Assembly (NCBI RefSeq): GCF_018350175.1
Contig: NC_058368.1
Location: 234,114,001-234,178,000, forward strand
Reading direction: 5' to 3'
DNA length: 64,000 bases
Source of the DNA: Felis catus
Taxonomy: Eukaryota
Positions 61,601 to 64,000 of this stretch are shown here, piece by piece; within the stretch, counting starts at the first letter, position 1; each line of letters opens with the position of its first letter. A program made the position numbers and the translations under genes. The notes below the pieces were generated by a model. That model saw nothing but the letters and a program-made list of their open reading frames with translations, was not told where the DNA came from and searched no databases.

Positions 61601-63039
61601 GACACACTTCTCAACACCCCCAACCCCTCTGCCATCCTAGTGATATAGGAAAGAAGACACAAAAATAACACAAAAGTCCAAACAATACAGCACAATCATC
61701 ATCTCATGTCTATCTTCTTCTCTTTAGAGTTTATAGATCTGAGGTTTATCTAAAGTTTACCAGTTATTTCAAATCTAGCACCCTCGTAATAATAGCTCAT
61801 GAGTATCAGCTCTGCAGACTCATGTACATGCTTGATAAGTTTCTCCCTGGAGTTATGCTGCAGATACTTACCCAAGCTGATGTGTGGAGCCCAGAAAATC
61901 AGTTCTCTGTGAACAGAAAATGTCTCTCTTAGTTTTCCTTTTTTACAAAACTTAATAAGATTGGGTTAAACAAATAGCACTAACATATTAATAATTTATT
62001 AGTAATATTACAGTAATAGTAGTAATATAAAATTTAATATGATATATAGTTGTGTATTAATTATATACAATATATCATGTAATATAAAATTTCTAAATGT
62101 AGACAATTTCTGGGGAGAAAAGACTCCTAGCAAGAGATAAATATAGGCTCTGTTCTCACTAGTATCGAATGACCATACTGTATTTGAACATCAATTATAT
62201 CCTAATACTTATTGAAGCCTTGTTTTTATTTTTAAATGAACTAAATGAGTTCAAATAGCCCAAAGAAGGTTAAATTGCTTTTTAAATAATTTAGATTTTA
62301 ACTGATTCAGTGTTCCTTTCCAATTCTGTAGGCCTGAGGGGGGAAATGCACTTTTAATAGGTTTGTTTACTGATGAAATAAAAGGCAGATGGTCCCCTAC
62401 GGTTTCTGTTAGAAACTTCATGGAGCTCCCTGAGGAAAGGGTAGGTTATAATTTAACCACATTGGGATGAAAAGCAAATAATCGGCCTCAAGGAGCAAGG
62501 CCTCTTTATTCAGCCTCCTCCCCATCCCCGTGAAAAAGACGCGATGCCCAGGCGGGAGCACCCTTGGTGGTGCCCGGGAGGACACAGCTAGGGAAGAGGT
62601 TCACAGCACTGGTTGGCCCTTGTGGCCGGCTGCCAGACCAGCCAGGGAAAGTGTCTGCTTTTGCCTGTTCAGCTGTTGTGGGGAAAGAGGGCACATGACT
62701 TGAGAAAAGGTTATCGTAGGTCAGAAAGCTGACTTGATTTTCTGAAAAATTAAGGGAGGAAACCCACCACTTCCCACAAGACCCTTGCCTTACAGACAGG
62801 CTCAGGGTGGTCGGTGCCCAAGGGCTGACCGCTGAGGGACCCTCTGCCCTCGGCCACGCTCCGGCCAGCCCCCTGTTGCCCACCTGTCTGTGTCGCTGTC
62901 CAGCTCTTTCAGGATGAGGGCCACCTCTCCCACTTCCCATTGGTTACACGGAAAACACTCGCAGGAGGCCCAGTGCACTGAATCATGGTGAATTTTGCCT
63001 CCAAAACAGGCCAAGGCTGGGGTGATAAAAAAAAGTTTG

Positions 63040-63150
63040 TGAAATAGATAGTGGTCATGTTCGTAGCACAGTGGGGATGGAATCCACTGAATTGTACACT
63101 TAGCATTGGTTATGATGGCAAATCATACATATAATATATAAAATGTTCTT
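63040..63150 (+). mobile_element. L1M 3' end fragment
   Basis: 'gaaatagatagtggt.atg...ccactgaattgtacactt...tggtta.gatggcaaat'. Confidence 0.65.
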
Positions 63151-63165
63151 AAAAACGAGGCCACA

Positions 63166-63391
63166 GGGGGCACCTGGGTGCCTTAGTCGGTTGAGCGTCT
63201 GACTTCGGCTCAGGTCATGATCTAGCGGTTTGTGAGTTCGAGCCCGAATTGGGCTCTGTGCCGACAGCTCGGAGCCTGCAGCCTGCAGCCTGCTTCGGAT
63301 TCTGTGTCTCCCTCTCTCTCTCTCTCTGCCCCTCCCCTTCTTCCTCTCTGTCTCTCTCTCTCTCTCTCCAAAACAAATAAACATTTAAAAA
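63166..63391 (+). mobile_element. CanSINE (SINEC_Fc type)
   Basis: TSD aaaaacgaggccaca / aaaaactaggccaca. Duplicated gcctgca. Confidence 0.95.
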
Positions 63392-64000
63392 CTAGGCCAC
63401 AGCAATAGGTCAGGCTACTGAGAAAAATGAGAAATTTACAAGAAGTGAAAAATAAAAACTCTTAGAAACGAGTTGCTCCCTTCTGAGAAAGGTATGCACC
63501 CTTTGCAAGAATATGTCAGTACCTTGCTTGCACATCAAAAAAGAATAAATTAGACATCAAAAAAACAGCAATAAACAAAAAGACCATTTTCTAATCAGGT
63601 TTTGTTCCACTGAGAATCACAAGAGTTGTCAGTATTCCTTAAGATGACAAAATTTTCCCCCTTCATTAGCACGGCAAACTGCAAACGACACCAAACAGAT
63701 GGCTATAAACCCAGCTGCATGGAGTACTTTTTTTTTTTTTATAGAAAAACAAACAAAAAGAAGAAAATCAACAGCAGTAAGATGTGAGCCTATTAAATTG
63801 CACTGAATTTTATTTCCAGTTCGATTGACCATTTATTCTCTAGCCTCAAAATAATCATACAACCCTCAGCATTGGAAAGAAACGTCATTTCTACGTGGTT
63901 CGCTTCAGCTGAGATTTACTGCATTCAGTGCTGAGTCCTGGACTTCAAAAGCAGTCAGGGAAATGCTCGATATCTTATTTCCTTATTTTTTTATTTACCT

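Noticed and set aside
263..63832. The many 60-145 aa ORFs in the six-frame track as host genes
   Set aside because: Many use TTG/GTG starts and overlap SINEs, LTRs or microsatellites. The recurring 'AQVMIS...[18 protein letters not shown]' and 'RETEHERGRGRERG' peptides are SINE translations. None resembles a protein family I recognise, apart from the L1 and L2 remnants.

Overview
Mammalian non-coding genomic DNA, almost certainly from a cat-family (Felidae) genome: it carries about 25 carnivore tRNA-derived SINEs (CanSINE/SINEC), five of them near-identical copies of a young felid subfamily. I cannot identify a host protein-coding gene, RNA gene or CRISPR array. The window looks intergenic or deep-intronic and is dominated by transposable elements. 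The largest feature is a 5'-complete but dead LINE-1 (37101-~43275) with a CpG-rich 5'UTR, disrupted ORF1 and ORF2, and a deleted 3' end that is fused to an older L1. Also present are ERVL/MaLR and ERV solo LTRs, Tigger/hAT DNA-transposon relics, MIR and L2 fragments, and microsatellites. The best leads are (i) a YY1/NRF1/CTCF motif module with a strong-Kozak antisense ORF in the L1 5'UTR, resembling primate ORF0; (ii) an IRF/ISRE plus E-box motif in a 12-kb SINE-free stretch; (iii) weak minus-strand splice candidates at 51.6-61.9 kb; and (iv) several clear nested-insertion and deletion histories. Repeat subfamily names come from my recollection of consensus sequences and need RepeatMasker/Dfam confirmation. 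Boundaries are approximate. I found no convincing novel multi-gene system.
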